DNA from: Clostridia bacterium
Lineage (GTDB): Bacteria > Bacillota > Clostridia > Oscillospirales > CAG-272
Length of the DNA: 64,000 nt
Direction of reading: 5' to 3'
Assembly: GCA_017461765.1 (NCBI GenBank)
Contig: JAFTXO010000014.1
Coordinates: 10,926 to 74,925 of the forward strand
How positions within the stretch are numbered: position 1 is the stretch's first letter; the number at the start of each line of letters is the position of its first letter. Shown piece after piece: positions 23,557-33,489 of this stretch. The position numbers and the translations under genes are program-made. The notes beneath the pieces are model-generated. The model saw nothing but the letters and a program-made list of their open reading frames with translations, did no database searches and was not told where the DNA came from.

Positions 23557-25353
23557 TTATTGCTTTAAATAATTTATTTTTCTCATTCTGTTTATAAGCG
23601 CAAGCAGCTCTTGCTTGCGAGGAAGATCAAGAAAACGCTCGCACGTGGTAAAATATGATGAATACAGAAAATCAATGCCTTCCTTCTCTATCCTTGCATA
23701 AAGCTCATTCACTTCTCTTTTTATATCGATTTTTCTATCACTGTTTGATATTTCTATATATCTGAGCATAAAGCCAAGCGTATCAAGTTGTCGCGGTGAG
23801 ATGATGTTATAAAGTCCTCTTACATCTATTTTTTCGTCTCCGATAATTATAAATCCCGTATCGGAAACGCTAAGGCGTTCGCTTCCGCTTCCTTCGGGAT
23901 ACGAAGTAAATCCTTGCGAATAAAGCGTTCTTTCCTGTTTCCAGCTTGCAGGCTCAGGTGGTTTTATGGAAACTCCGTATACTGAACAGATCGATTTTGA
24001 TCTTTCAGTAACATCATGGATAGTATAATCCTGCATCATATATATCTTATCGGCAACAGAAAGATATTCTCCGCTTCCGCCAATAACGAGTATTGTCGAA
24101 ACTCCAAGTGTATCATACAGCTCCTTTACGCGATCGGTAAAGGGTGTTATCGGTTCTTTTTCAATAAGCTCCTTCATCATTCCATCGCGTATCATAAAGT
24201 TTGTTGCACTACGGTCCTCGTCGATAAGCAGAAGCTTAGCCTCGCTATCGATAGCTTCCATTATGTTCGCGGCTTGTGATGTCGAGCCCGAGGCGTGCTC
24301 GGTCGAAAAATCACTCGTATCGCCGTTTGAAAGCCATTTTATAAAAGGTGAAATATTTACGTGCGTTACGCTTCTTCCATCCTCTGCGCAGATCGTAACG
24401 GCGCTTCTATCGGTAATACAAAGCTCGCGTCCATCTCCGGGCGAATGATCATAAATACCGACAGATATAGCATCGAGCAAGGTTGATTTTCCCGAATATC
24501 CTCCGCCTGTGATAACTGTAACTCCTTTTTTGATACCCATTCCGCGCAAGCCAAAAATTTCTATTTCATCATTTGGTGTTGATATAAACGGAATTGCATC
24601 AGGCATCGGAAGATCGGTGTTTTTAGCTCTCGGCAAAATGCTTCCGTTTGCAATAAATGCGCAATAGTTGCTTGTTTTAAGCCACTCCCTTATATTTTTT
24701 TGCTTTTCCGCTATCTCCAAGCTTTTTAAAAGCTTAACAAGATCAAATTCCGCTATAAATCTATCAGTAGCGTTCGGCAGATCACGGCAAAGCATCTGAA
24801 CAGCCTTGCGAAGCTTCTTTTTCGGTAGCTGAACCTGTAATTTTATACAAATACACATTCTCGGAGAAAGTGATATATCATCATTGAGCAAATATGCGCT
24901 TGAGCCTGCTCCGTTTTCGTAATCCTTTTGTGTACATATTTCAAAATATGACGAATTTCTTTTGATAACCTCGCCTCCGATTTTTGAAATATAATATTTT
25001 CCGTTTTCATTATCAGGACGGCTTCTGTTATAAAGCTCTGCGTTAAGCTCTTGTACATATTTTTCGAATTCTCTCAGGCAGAAATCCGCGGCAATATCGT
25101 TATATTCCGATATACCAAGAAGCTCACACGGTATCATTACTGTAACGGTTGGCTTATCCTGTGCAAGCTTATGAGTTACCGTGATCATAAAGCCGATATC
25201 TCCGTTATAATACGTCGGATCATAACGCGTTTCGGGAAGCTCCCAAGGGCGTTTTGGATCGGATACAATCAAGATACCGTTATACATTTCCGAATAAGTA
25301 GCTGTGTTTGGTTCCATTGATAATAATTTATTTTTTAATCTTTTCATTGGCAT
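23557..25353 (-). CDS. ABC-ATPase domain protein (predicted ATPase of the ABC class, COG3044-like)
   Basis: 598 aa. VTVITGGGYSGKSTLLDAISVGIYDH P-loop and LLLIDEDRSATNFM Walker B-like motif, with no transmembrane partner. Confidence 0.65.
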   Translation of the reverse strand: MPMKRLKNKLLSMEPNTATYSEMYNGILIVSDPKRPWELPETRYDPTYYNGDIGFMITVTHKLAQDKPTVTVMIPCELLGISEYNDIAADFCLREFEKYVQELNAELYNRSRPDNENGKYYISKIGGEVIKRNSSYFEICTQKDYENGAGSSAYLLNDDISLSPRMCICIKLQVQLPKKKLRKAVQMLCRDLPNATDRFIAEFDLVKLLKSLEIAEKQKNIREWLKTSNYCAFIANGSILPRAKNTDLPMPDAIPFISTPNDEIEIFGLRGMGIKKGVTVITGGGYSGKSTLLDAISVGIYDHSPGDGRELCITDRSAVTICAEDGRSVTHVNISPFIKWLSNGDTSDFSTEHASGSTSQAANIMEAIDSEAKLLLIDEDRSATNFMIRDGMMKELIEKEPITPFTDRVKELYDTLGVSTILVIGGSGEYLSVADKIYMMQDYTIHDVTERSKSICSVYGVSIKPPEPASWKQERTLYSQGFTSYPEGSGSERLSVSDTGFIIIGDEKIDVRGLYNIISPRQLDTLGFMLRYIEISNSDRKIDIKREVNELYARIEKEGIDFLYSSYFTTCERFLDLPRKQELLALINRMRKINYLKQ

Positions 25354-25481
25354 TCCCTCTTTCTTTTTTAGTATAATAGCGGCTGAAAAGAGAAAGTAAG
25401 CTTACTTTTCTCCTGTCTTTAATTCTCCTTTCATTTTTGAATTTTCCGTTATTACTTACTTATATTTTAGGGGTTTCCACG

Positions 25482-25541
25482 AAAAACAAAAGCACCCTTT
25501 GGGGCGCTATATAAGAAAAGCACACCCAAAACCAGGTGTGC
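25482..25541 (-). terminator. Two consecutive hairpin/T-run terminators after the 18-codon micro-ORF
   Basis: On the minus strand: GCACACCTGG tt TTGGGTGTGC TTTTCTT (25520-25541), then GCGCCCC aaa GGGTGC TTTTGTTTTT (25482-25508). Confidence 0.6.
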
Positions 25542-25560
25542 ATTAAATTAGTATAAATTA

Positions 25561-25617
25561 TCAGCCCTGAAATTTGATGGGCGATACATATGACACCTGA
25601 TAAATATAAGTTTTCAT
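25561..25617 (-). CDS. 18-codon micro-ORF (MKTYIYQVSYVSPIKFQG) with its own expression signals
   Basis: AGGAGG RBS 8 nt before the ATG at 25617, TGA stop at 25563-25561. Dedicated promoter upstream and terminators downstream. There is no homology evidence. Confidence 0.4.
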   Translation of the reverse strand: MKTYIYQVSYVSPIKFQG

Positions 25618-25641
25618 AATAATCGCCTCCTTTGGCTGTAT

Positions 25642-25690
25642 TTGTAGATTTCTACAACGACAGTATACTACTTTTTTTCGATATTGTCAA
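25642..25690 (-). promoter_or_regulatory. Near-consensus sigma-A promoter plus a palindrome in front of the micro-ORF
   Basis: On the minus strand: TTGACA (25690-25685) - 17 nt - TATACT (25667-25662), followed by the palindrome TTGTAGA-aa-TCTACAA (25657-25642). Confidence 0.55.
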
Positions 25691-25714
25691 TAGAAATTCA
25701 ACATTTTAGATATT

Positions 25715-26482
25715 TCATATAGAATTTATTCTGTATTGGCTTGGCGAGATGCCTGTAATTCTTTTGAAGTTTCGGTTAAAGCTGCGAAGCGAGTCAAAGC
25801 CGCATTCATACGCTATTTCAAGTATCGTTTTATCGGTGTTTATAAGACGGTAGCAGGACTCGTTCACGCGGTATCTGTTTACATATTCGGTATAAGTTAT
25901 ACCTGTGCGCTTGGTAAAATATTTAGAAAGATACACATAATTATACGATGTTTTATCGGCAAGAACGCTTAATTTACATTCTCTTGCGTAATTCTCCTCA
26001 ACGAACTTAAACACGGTAAATAAAAGATCCTTGCGATCCTTTTCCACGCTTATATATTTTGACTGCTTATCAAAGCACGCGACAACGGAATAAAGGAGTC
26101 CCTTTAGCTCCAAAATGCTTTTTTTATCATCAAGCTCGTCTATTTGATTTTGATAAATTTTGTCCAAGTTAAATTTATTGCATTCGGGAATTTTGCTATC
26201 AAATATTTTTCCGTATGCTCTTACGAGCTGAGGTGAAAAAATGCACAAGGTATGAGCGCTTATATTGGGGGTTTTAAGCTCGTGTATCTGATTCGGGAAA
26301 ATCAACACACTCTCCCCCGCTTTCAGTAAATATTCTTTTTTTCCTACTGTGACAAGAAGCTCTCCGTCGGTTACCGTAACAAGCTCGAAATTCCTGTGAA
26401 TATGAGCGGGAAAATTAAGATCTACTCCTTTTTCGAGCACGACAGAATCGGCGTTTACGGAATGCTTGGTTTGGTATATCAT
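25715..26482 (-). CDS. AraC family transcriptional regulator (cupin sensor plus HTH)
   Basis: N-terminal cupin (FPAHIHRNFELVTV) and C-terminal AraC HTH (IAYECGFDSLRSFNRNFKRITGISPSQYR). Divergent from the GH3-MFS genes. Confidence 0.9.
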   Translation of the reverse strand: MIYQTKHSVNADSVVLEKGVDLNFPAHIHRNFELVTVTDGELLVTVGKKEYLLKAGESVLIFPNQIHELKTPNISAHTLCIFSPQLVRAYGKIFDSKIPECNKFNLDKIYQNQIDELDDKKSILELKGLLYSVVACFDKQSKYISVEKDRKDLLFTVFKFVEENYARECKLSVLADKTSYNYVYLSKYFTKRTGITYTEYVNRYRVNESCYRLINTDKTILEIAYECGFDSLRSFNRNFKRITGISPSQYRINSI

Positions 26483-26602
26483 AAAATCTCCTGTGAAAAG
26501 GTTAAATTTTGTCTTATTATTATATCACATTTGTCGTGACATATCAATAGCTTTGAAGTAAAATATAATTAAAGTATTTAATTATTTAATATGGAGGCTT
26601 TT

Positions 26603-28480
26603 ATGAGTTTTTCAGATAGAGCAAAGGAGCTTGTTTCCAAAATGACGATTGAGGAAAAGATATCTCAAATGAGATATGATGCTCCCGCTATTCCGCGTCT
26701 TGGTGTTCCTGCTTACAACTGGTGGAATGAATGCTTACACGGTGTTGCACGCCAAGGCTGTGCTACTGTTTTTCCGCAGGCAATCGCTATGGCATCAAGC
26801 TACAATACCGATCTTATGCACAAGGTTGCAACCGCTATTTCAGACGAGGCGCGCGCAAAATACAACGAATTCAAAAAATTCGGCAATACAGAGCTTTATC
26901 AAGGTCTTACCTATTGGTCTCCGAACATCAATATTTTCAGAGATCCGCGTTGGGGCAGAGGCCACGAAACTTATGGCGAAGATCCGCTGCTGACAGGTAA
27001 AATGGGTACAGCCTTTATAAAGGGCTTACAGGGTGAGGGAAAATACAGAAAGCTCGATGCTACTATCAAGCATTACGCTGTACACAGCGGGCCTGAATAT
27101 GAAAGACATGGCTTTGATGCGATAGTTAATAAAACCGACCTTTATGACACTTATCTTAGTGCTTTTAAGTATTGTATCGATCACGCTGATCCTTCGGCTG
27201 TAATGGGTGCTTATAACAGAGTAAACGGTGAGGCTTGCTGTGCAAGCAAGACGCTTTTAAAAGACATTTTATACGGTGAATTCGGCTTTAAAGGATATGT
27301 TGTTTCCGACTGCGGAGCTATTGCAGATATAAATAAAAATCACAAGATAACTTCTAACGAGGCTGAAAGCGCCGCGCTTGCGGTAAACAACGGATGCCAG
27401 CTTAATTGCGGTGATGCCTATCTTGCTCTTTATGACGCTTATGAGCAGGATCTCGTTACAGAAGAAACTATTACTGAATGTGTTGAAAAGCTTTTCGAAG
27501 CAAGATTTCGCCTCGGAATGTTTGACGACGACTGCGAATACGACAAAATTCCTTATGATGTAGTTGAGTGCAAGAAGCATACGGAGCTTAACAGACAAAT
27601 GGCTCGCGAAAGCTTAGTTTTGCTCAAAAACAACGGAATTTTACCTCTTAAGGACAATGTGAAAACTATTGCGGTTATCGGTCCGAATGCCGATGACAAA
27701 CGTGTTTTACAGGCAAACTACAACGGAACTCCTTCAAGATACTCTACTCTTTTAAAGGGAATTCAGGACAATTTCGACGGACGAGTTATCTTCTCTCACG
27801 GCTGCCATGTAAATGATCCGAATGCAGGCAACTGGAGCGGATATCCCGTACGTGAAGCAGTTATTGCGGCAAAAATGGCTGATGTAGTTATTCTTTGCAT
27901 GGGTCTTAATCCTTCCATGGAGGGCGAGGAGGGTGACTCCTTTAACGGCGATGTTGCGGGAGATAAAAAGGATCTTTCGCTTCCTGCTCCTCAAATAAAG
28001 CTTTACAACGAGATAATGAAGCTTAAAAAGCCTACTGTTTTTGTAAATGTAAGCGGAAGCTGTATCTCTTTATGTGATCAGGACAGGGAATGCGATGCGG
28101 TTATACAGTGCTTCTATCCCGGTGCGGAGGGTGGTAATGCGCTTGCAGATATTATTTTCGGAAAATACTCTCCAAGCGGAAGATTACCTGTTACTTTCTA
28201 CCGTTCAACAGAGGATCTTCCTCCGTTTAACGATTACAGTATGAAAAACAGAACTTATAAATTCTTCAGCGGAGCCCCTCTCTATCAGTTCGGTCACGGT
28301 CTTACATATGCAAATATTGAGGAAAAATGGATCTCCGACAGTGAGGTCGAGATTTCAAATAAGGGCGGAATGGACACAGATTATGCGGTTTTACAATTTA
28401 AAAACGAGTCTCACAAGCAGCTTCTTGATTTCAAGAAAATACATATAAAGATTGGTCAAACGGTAACTGTAAAATTTTAA
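26603..28480 (+). CDS. Glycoside hydrolase family 3 (beta-glucosidase / beta-xylosidase-like)
   Basis: EEKISQM, WNECLHGV, RDPRWGRGHETYGEDP and GYVVSDCGAI (nucleophile Asp) motifs. Start at 26603 after a GGAGG RBS. Confidence 0.9.
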   Translation: MSFSDRAKELVSKMTIEEKISQMRYDAPAIPRLGVPAYNWWNECLHGVARQGCATVFPQAIAMASSYNTDLMHKVATAISDEARAKYNEFKKFGNTELYQGLTYWSPNINIFRDPRWGRGHETYGEDPLLTGKMGTAFIKGLQGEGKYRKLDATIKHYAVHSGPEYERHGFDAIVNKTDLYDTYLSAFKYCIDHADPSAVMGAYNRVNGEACCASKTLLKDILYGEFGFKGYVVSDCGAIADINKNHKITSNEAESAALAVNNGCQLNCGDAYLALYDAYEQDLVTEETITECVEKLFEARFRLGMFDDDCEYDKIPYDVVECKKHTELNRQMARESLVLLKNNGILPLKDNVKTIAVIGPNADDKRVLQANYNGTPSRYSTLLKGIQDNFDGRVIFSHGCHVNDPNAGNWSGYPVREAVIAAKMADVVILCMGLNPSMEGEEGDSFNGDVAGDKKDLSLPAPQIKLYNEIMKLKKPTVFVNVSGSCISLCDQDRECDAVIQCFYPGAEGGNALADIIFGKYSPSGRLPVTFYRSTEDLPPFNDYSMKNRTYKFFSGAPLYQFGHGLTYANIEEKWISDSEVEISNKGGMDTDYAVLQFKNESHKQLLDFKKIHIKIGQTVTVKF

Positions 28481-28486
28481 ACAACT

Positions 28487-28515
28487 AAAAAAGTCTTGAT
28501 TATCAAGACTTTTTT
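28487..28515 (+). terminator. Terminator after the GH3 gene
   Basis: AAAAAAGTCTTG attat CAAGACTTTTTT. Confidence 0.7.
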
Positions 28516-28582
28516 ATATTTCCACTTTAAAAAACAAATTTATTATGATATAATTATCTTCTAAGATCCGAGGTGATATAAT

Positions 28583-29800
28583 TTGGATAACTCAGATAAA
28601 AGAAGCAATATTAAAAACGCTGTTTTTTTGGGAATCATCTGTTCTATTTCCTATCTTGCCGTTTACGTTGCAAGAAACATTTTAAGTACTGTTACTCCTC
28701 AAATGATTGAGGGTGGAAGCTTTACAAAAGAATATATCGGGCAGGTGTCATCATTATTCTTTATTTTTTATGCGATAGGTCAGCTTTTAAACGGAATTAT
28801 CGGTGATAAGATAAAGGCTCGTTATATGATGAGCATAGGTCTTATGCTTTCCGCTGTAACTACAGTGATCTTTCCTTATGTGGCACATTTCAAGTTCGGT
28901 GCGACGGCTATTTACTCTATGACAGGATTTTTCCTCTCCATGATATACTCACCCATGACTAAGGTAGTATCTGAAAATACTCCTCCCGTATATGCGATAA
29001 GATGCAGCTTCAGCTATTCCTTGGCTTCATATTTGGGATCTCCATTGGCAGGTGTTTTCGCTTCTGTTTTTGCTTGGCAAAGCGCTTTTCTTACAAGCGG
29101 TATTTTCCTCTTTATAATGGCTCTTTCCTGCTTTGCTTCTCTTTTATTTCTTGAAAAAAAGGGAGTCATTAAGCATAACAGATTTGAAAAACAAGAAGCA
29201 CCAAATGCAAAGGGCTCTATAAAGGTTCTTATAAAGCGCAGAATCATTGTATTTTCCATAATCTCGGTTTTAACAGGAGTTGTGCGCACGACAGTAGTTT
29301 TTTGGTTACCTACATATTTTAACGAATATTTAGGGTATTCGGCAACCGAGTCTGCGAGCATATTTACGATAGCTACTCTTGCAATAGCTCTTACTGTATT
29401 TGTAACAATGGCAATTTACGAGCTATTTAAGCGAAATATGGATCTTACGACGAGAATGATGTTTATTTTTGCATCTCTGTTCTTCCTTTGCGCTTTTCTC
29501 ATCTCTCATCCCGTTTTAAACATTATTTTTATAGTTTTGGCTATTTTAGGATCAAATGCGGCGGCAAACGTTCTTTGGAGCATTTACTGTCCAAGCTTAA
29601 GAGATACGGGCATGGTATCTACCGCAACGGGATTTTTAACGTTTATAGGATATATGGGTTCATCGGCTTCAAGCTACATTTTTGCATATATGGTTGATGC
29701 TACAGGCTGGAAAACGGTTGTTTTCGTTTGGTTTGCGCTTATGGTGCTCGGTGTTATTATAACTCTGCCTTACGGAAAAATATTAAAAAAACGCTCTTAA
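28583..29800 (+). CDS. MFS transporter
   Basis: About 12 predicted TM helices and the MFS loop motif GIIGDKIKARY. Apparent TTG start 7 nt after a GAGGTGA RBS. Confidence 0.8.
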   Translation: MDNSDKRSNIKNAVFLGIICSISYLAVYVARNILSTVTPQMIEGGSFTKEYIGQVSSLFFIFYAIGQLLNGIIGDKIKARYMMSIGLMLSAVTTVIFPYVAHFKFGATAIYSMTGFFLSMIYSPMTKVVSENTPPVYAIRCSFSYSLASYLGSPLAGVFASVFAWQSAFLTSGIFLFIMALSCFASLLFLEKKGVIKHNRFEKQEAPNAKGSIKVLIKRRIIVFSIISVLTGVVRTTVVFWLPTYFNEYLGYSATESASIFTIATLAIALTVFVTMAIYELFKRNMDLTTRMMFIFASLFFLCAFLISHPVLNIIFIVLAILGSNAAANVLWSIYCPSLRDTGMVSTATGFLTFIGYMGSSASSYIFAYMVDATGWKTVVFVWFALMVLGVIITLPYGKILKKRS

Positions 29801-29857
29801 AAATAAATCAAAAGGCACTTATCACACAATAAATGATGTGTATAAGCGCCTTTTTTA

Positions 29858-31102
29858 TTAAATTTTATGGATGAGAAGTCCGCTACGGAGCTTCGGCTCA
29901 AACCAAGTTGACTTAGGAGGCATTACTGCGCCCGAATCGGCAACAGCCATAAGCTCCTCAAGTGATGTGGGATACATGGATATTGCCATCTTCATATCGT
30001 GATTACATCTTTGCTCAAGGTACTCAAGTCCTCTTATTCCGCCTGCAAAATCTATTCTCTTATCGCTTCTCGGATCTTCTATTCCAAGGATCTGAGACAA
30101 AAGATTTTTTTGCAATATTGCACAGTCAAGGCAATCCACAGGATCTTTTGCATTACATAAAGCATCATGGAAACGAACAAGATACCATTTACCGTCAAGA
30201 TACATTCCAAAGGAATGCTTTTTATCGGGTCTGCACGGACCGTTTCCTTTATATTCCTCTATAGCTCCGACCTTTTCACTTACTGCTTTCAAAAAAGCTT
30301 GAGTACTGTAACCATTCAAGTCCTTCAAAAGCCTGTTATAATCAAGTATCTTAAGCGAATTTGCAGGGAAAATTACAGAAAGAAAGAAATTAAATTCCTC
30401 TGTTCCGTCATAAGTGGGATTTTCCTTTCTGCGTTTAACTCCAACCTTTACTGCAGATGCGGCTCTATGGTGTCCGTCTGCTATATAAAGCGCGTCAAGT
30501 GCCGAAAAAGCTTGTTCTATTGCTTTATCGGTTTCTTCTCCATCGGTCGACCAAACGGTATGTCTAACGCCGTCCTCGGCCGTGAAATCGTAAATGGGGG
30601 CTTTCTCCGTTTGCTTTGATATTATCGCATCAAGAGCTACGCTTTCTTTATATGCCAAGAATATAGGCCCTGTATGAGCCGAGCAGATATCAACATGCTT
30701 GATCCTGTCTATTTCCTTATCTGCTCTTGTAAATTCGTGCTTTTTTATTCTGTTTTCCAAATAGTCATCTATCGAAGCACAGCCAACGATACCCGTTTGA
30801 GCTCTGCCATCCATGATCTGACGGTAGAAATAATACTTTTTTTCGGTATCATTTACGTAAACGCCGTCTTTTTCGAATTTTTTAAGATTTTCCGCAGCCT
30901 TAGCATATACTCTTTCGTCGTATATATCGATATTCTTATCAAGATCGATCTCTGCTTTATCTATGTGCAGAAAGGAGTACGGATTACCTTTTACCATTTC
31001 TCTTGCTTCATCGCTTGACATTACGTCATAAGGAAGTGCCGCGCACTGCGAAGCAAGCTCCTTGGCGGGTCTTAATGCACAAAACGGTTTAACGGTTATC
31101 AT
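29858..31102 (-). CDS. DUF1015 family protein
   Basis: MITVKPFCALRPAKELASQCAALPYDVMSSDEAREM N-terminus and the YIADGHHR motif are typical of DUF1015. Last gene of the serC-serA cluster. Confidence 0.8.
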   Translation of the reverse strand: MITVKPFCALRPAKELASQCAALPYDVMSSDEAREMVKGNPYSFLHIDKAEIDLDKNIDIYDERVYAKAAENLKKFEKDGVYVNDTEKKYYFYRQIMDGRAQTGIVGCASIDDYLENRIKKHEFTRADKEIDRIKHVDICSAHTGPIFLAYKESVALDAIISKQTEKAPIYDFTAEDGVRHTVWSTDGEETDKAIEQAFSALDALYIADGHHRAASAVKVGVKRRKENPTYDGTEEFNFFLSVIFPANSLKILDYNRLLKDLNGYSTQAFLKAVSEKVGAIEEYKGNGPCRPDKKHSFGMYLDGKWYLVRFHDALCNAKDPVDCLDCAILQKNLLSQILGIEDPRSDKRIDFAGGIRGLEYLEQRCNHDMKMAISMYPTSLEELMAVADSGAVMPPKSTWFEPKLRSGLLIHKI

Positions 31103-31115
31103 TGCAAAGAGCCTC

Positions 31116-32276
31116 TTAATAGCAAACTACTCTGATAACACCGTTTATTGCGGAAATTGCGTTTACTACATCATCAACTACCTTGCTTGCGGTTTCGATT
31201 ATAGTATAAGCGTTTTCGCCCTTTGCGCCGTTTGCAAGATTTTCGATGTTTACATTAGCAGATGCAAATACAGCTGTTATGCTTGTAAGAGCATCGGGGG
31301 CATTTTTATGCATTACGCAAACACGTGCATTTGCGCTTTGAGGAATTGCAACGTTCGGGAAGTTAACGCTATTCTTAATGTTACCGTTAGCAAGAAATTC
31401 AACAAGTTGATTTGCTGCCATAACTGCGCAGTTATCTTCGGATTCGAAGGTTGATGCGCCAAGGTGAGGAATGTTAACGATGCCCTCTGCTCCAACTGTA
31501 TCGTTGGTCGGGAAGTCGGTAACGTATCTTGCAACCTTTTTATCAAGAAGCGCCTTTTTGATATCAGCAGCACAAACAAGATCTGCTCTTGCAAGGTTTA
31601 TAATTCTAACTCCGTCCTTCATCATTGCGATAGTCTTTTCGCAGATCATATTCTTTGTTTGAGGAGTTGCGGGAACGTGAATAGAGATATAATCACAGGT
31701 TTTAAATATTTCTTCAAAGCTTGCTGCTTGCTTGATTGAAGGTGAGAGATGCCAAGCTGCGTTAGGTGTAAGATAAGGATCGCAACCGATAACCTTCATT
31801 CCGAGTGCGCTTGCCGCATTCGCAACCATACCGCCGATAGCGCCAAGTCCGATTACACCGAGTGTTTTGCCTATAAGCTCGTTACCTACATAAGCGCCCT
31901 TGCCTGCTTCAACTGCTTTTGCAACATTTTCGTTTCCTTGGAGTGTTTTTGCCCATTCGATACCACCAACAACATCTCTTGCCGCGAGAACCAAAGCGCA
32001 TACTGCGAGCTCTTTAACGCCGTTTGCGTTAGCACCGGGAGTATTGAATACTACAACACCCTTATCCGTACATTTATCAACAGGAATATTGTTTACGCCG
32101 GCGCCGCAACGTGCAATAGCTTTAAGATTTGTGGGGATCTCCATTTCATGAAGTGCCGCAGAACGAACCATTATGGCATCGGGATTTTCAGCTGTATCGG
32201 AAACTTCGTATATATCGCGGTCGAAAATATCTGTTCCAACCTTTGCGATCTTATTCATAAGCTTAATTGTTTTCAT
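31116..32276 (-). CDS. serA: D-3-phosphoglycerate dehydrogenase (with C-terminal ACT-like region)
   Basis: 2-hydroxyacid dehydrogenase NAD motif GVIGLGAIGGMVA and catalytic-region motifs. Start at 32276 after an AGAGG RBS. Confidence 0.85.
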   Translation of the reverse strand: MKTIKLMNKIAKVGTDIFDRDIYEVSDTAENPDAIMVRSAALHEMEIPTNLKAIARCGAGVNNIPVDKCTDKGVVVFNTPGANANGVKELAVCALVLAARDVVGGIEWAKTLQGNENVAKAVEAGKGAYVGNELIGKTLGVIGLGAIGGMVANAASALGMKVIGCDPYLTPNAAWHLSPSIKQAASFEEIFKTCDYISIHVPATPQTKNMICEKTIAMMKDGVRIINLARADLVCAADIKKALLDKKVARYVTDFPTNDTVGAEGIVNIPHLGASTFESEDNCAVMAANQLVEFLANGNIKNSVNFPNVAIPQSANARVCVMHKNAPDALTSITAVFASANVNIENLANGAKGENAYTIIETASKVVDDVVNAISAINGVIRVVCY

Positions 32277-32354
32277 TTTTTGACCTCTTATTTTTATCGG
32301 GCGCACCCATTCGACTCATTCAAATGGGTGCTTTGCCTTATATAATAAATTTAT

Positions 32355-33443
32355 TTACGCCTTGGGATTTTCTTGAGCGAACTTCTTCATAAACTCTACG
32401 AGCTTAACAACGCCGTCGTAAGGCATAGCATTGTAGATAGATGCTCTCATACCGCCTACAGAACGGTGACCCTTAAGGTTCTTAAGACCGTTTTTAGCAG
32501 CCTCGGATGCGAATTTCTTATCGAGCTCTGCATCGCCTGTAACGAAGGTTACGTTCATCATTGAACGGCTTTCCTTTTCAACAGGAGCAATATAATAATC
32601 CTGACTGTCGAGATAATCGTAAAGAACCTTTGCTTTCTTTTCGTTCATCTCCTTCATCTTCTCAAGTCCGCCGAGGTTATCGATCCATTCGTAAACGAGC
32701 TTTGCAATATAGATGCAGTAGCAAGGCGGTGTATTATACATAGAGCCGTTATCTGCCATTGTCTTATAATCAAGCATTGTAGGAATGTCTGCTCTTGCGT
32801 TGCCGAGAAGGTCTTCTCTTATGATAACGAGAGTAAGGCCTGCGGGAGCCATATTCTTTTGAGCGCCTGCGTAAATTACGCCAAATTTGCTTACGTCAAC
32901 AGGCTCACTGATGATGCACGAGGACATATCTGCTACGAGAGGAATATCTCCTGTATCGGGAATATAGGGGAACTTTGTTCCGTAAATTGTGTTGTTGAAG
33001 CAAATATGAACATAGTCAGCATCAGCTCTGAAGGATGAACGGTCTGTCTTGGGTATGAACGAGAAGTTTGCGTCCTTGCTTGTAGCTACGCATACTGCAT
33101 CGCCGTATTTTTGAGCTTCCTTGAAAGCTTTTCCCGAAAATTGACCGGAAACTATATAGTCAGCCTTATTATTCTTGTTCATAAGGTTGAGCGGTACTGC
33201 TGCAAACTGAGTTGAAGCTCCGCCTTGCAAGAAGAGTACCTTGTAGTTGTCGGGAATGTTCATGATCTTACGCAAAAGCTTTTCTGCCTCTGTAATGATC
33301 TCCTCGTAAACAGGTGAGCGGTGGCTCATCTCCATTACAGACATTCCACTGTCTTTGTAGCAAAGCATTTCTGCTGCTGCCTTCTCAAGTACCTCGAGAG
33401 GAAGCATAGAAGGTCCTGCTGAAAAATTATAAACGCGTTCCAT
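32355..33443 (-). CDS. serC: Phosphoserine aminotransferase
   Basis: YNFSAGPSMLP N-terminus, FLQGGASTQF, YAGAQKN (PLP lysine), HRSVGGMRASIYNAM. Confidence 0.93.
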   Translation of the reverse strand: MERVYNFSAGPSMLPLEVLEKAAAEMLCYKDSGMSVMEMSHRSPVYEEIITEAEKLLRKIMNIPDNYKVLFLQGGASTQFAAVPLNLMNKNNKADYIVSGQFSGKAFKEAQKYGDAVCVATSKDANFSFIPKTDRSSFRADADYVHICFNNTIYGTKFPYIPDTGDIPLVADMSSCIISEPVDVSKFGVIYAGAQKNMAPAGLTLVIIREDLLGNARADIPTMLDYKTMADNGSMYNTPPCYCIYIAKLVYEWIDNLGGLEKMKEMNEKKAKVLYDYLDSQDYYIAPVEKESRSMMNVTFVTGDAELDKKFASEAAKNGLKNLKGHRSVGGMRASIYNAMPYDGVVKLVEFMKKFAQENPKA

Positions 33444-33489
33444 AATATTATAATACCTCCGTATATGGAAAAATTTTTATTATACTTAA

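Noticed and set aside
20911-25353. tRNA-adjacent prophage or integrative element.
   Set aside because: No integrase, recombinase, transposase or phage structural gene is seen on either strand. No duplication of the tRNA 3' end proper is seen either, only of the sequence just downstream of it.
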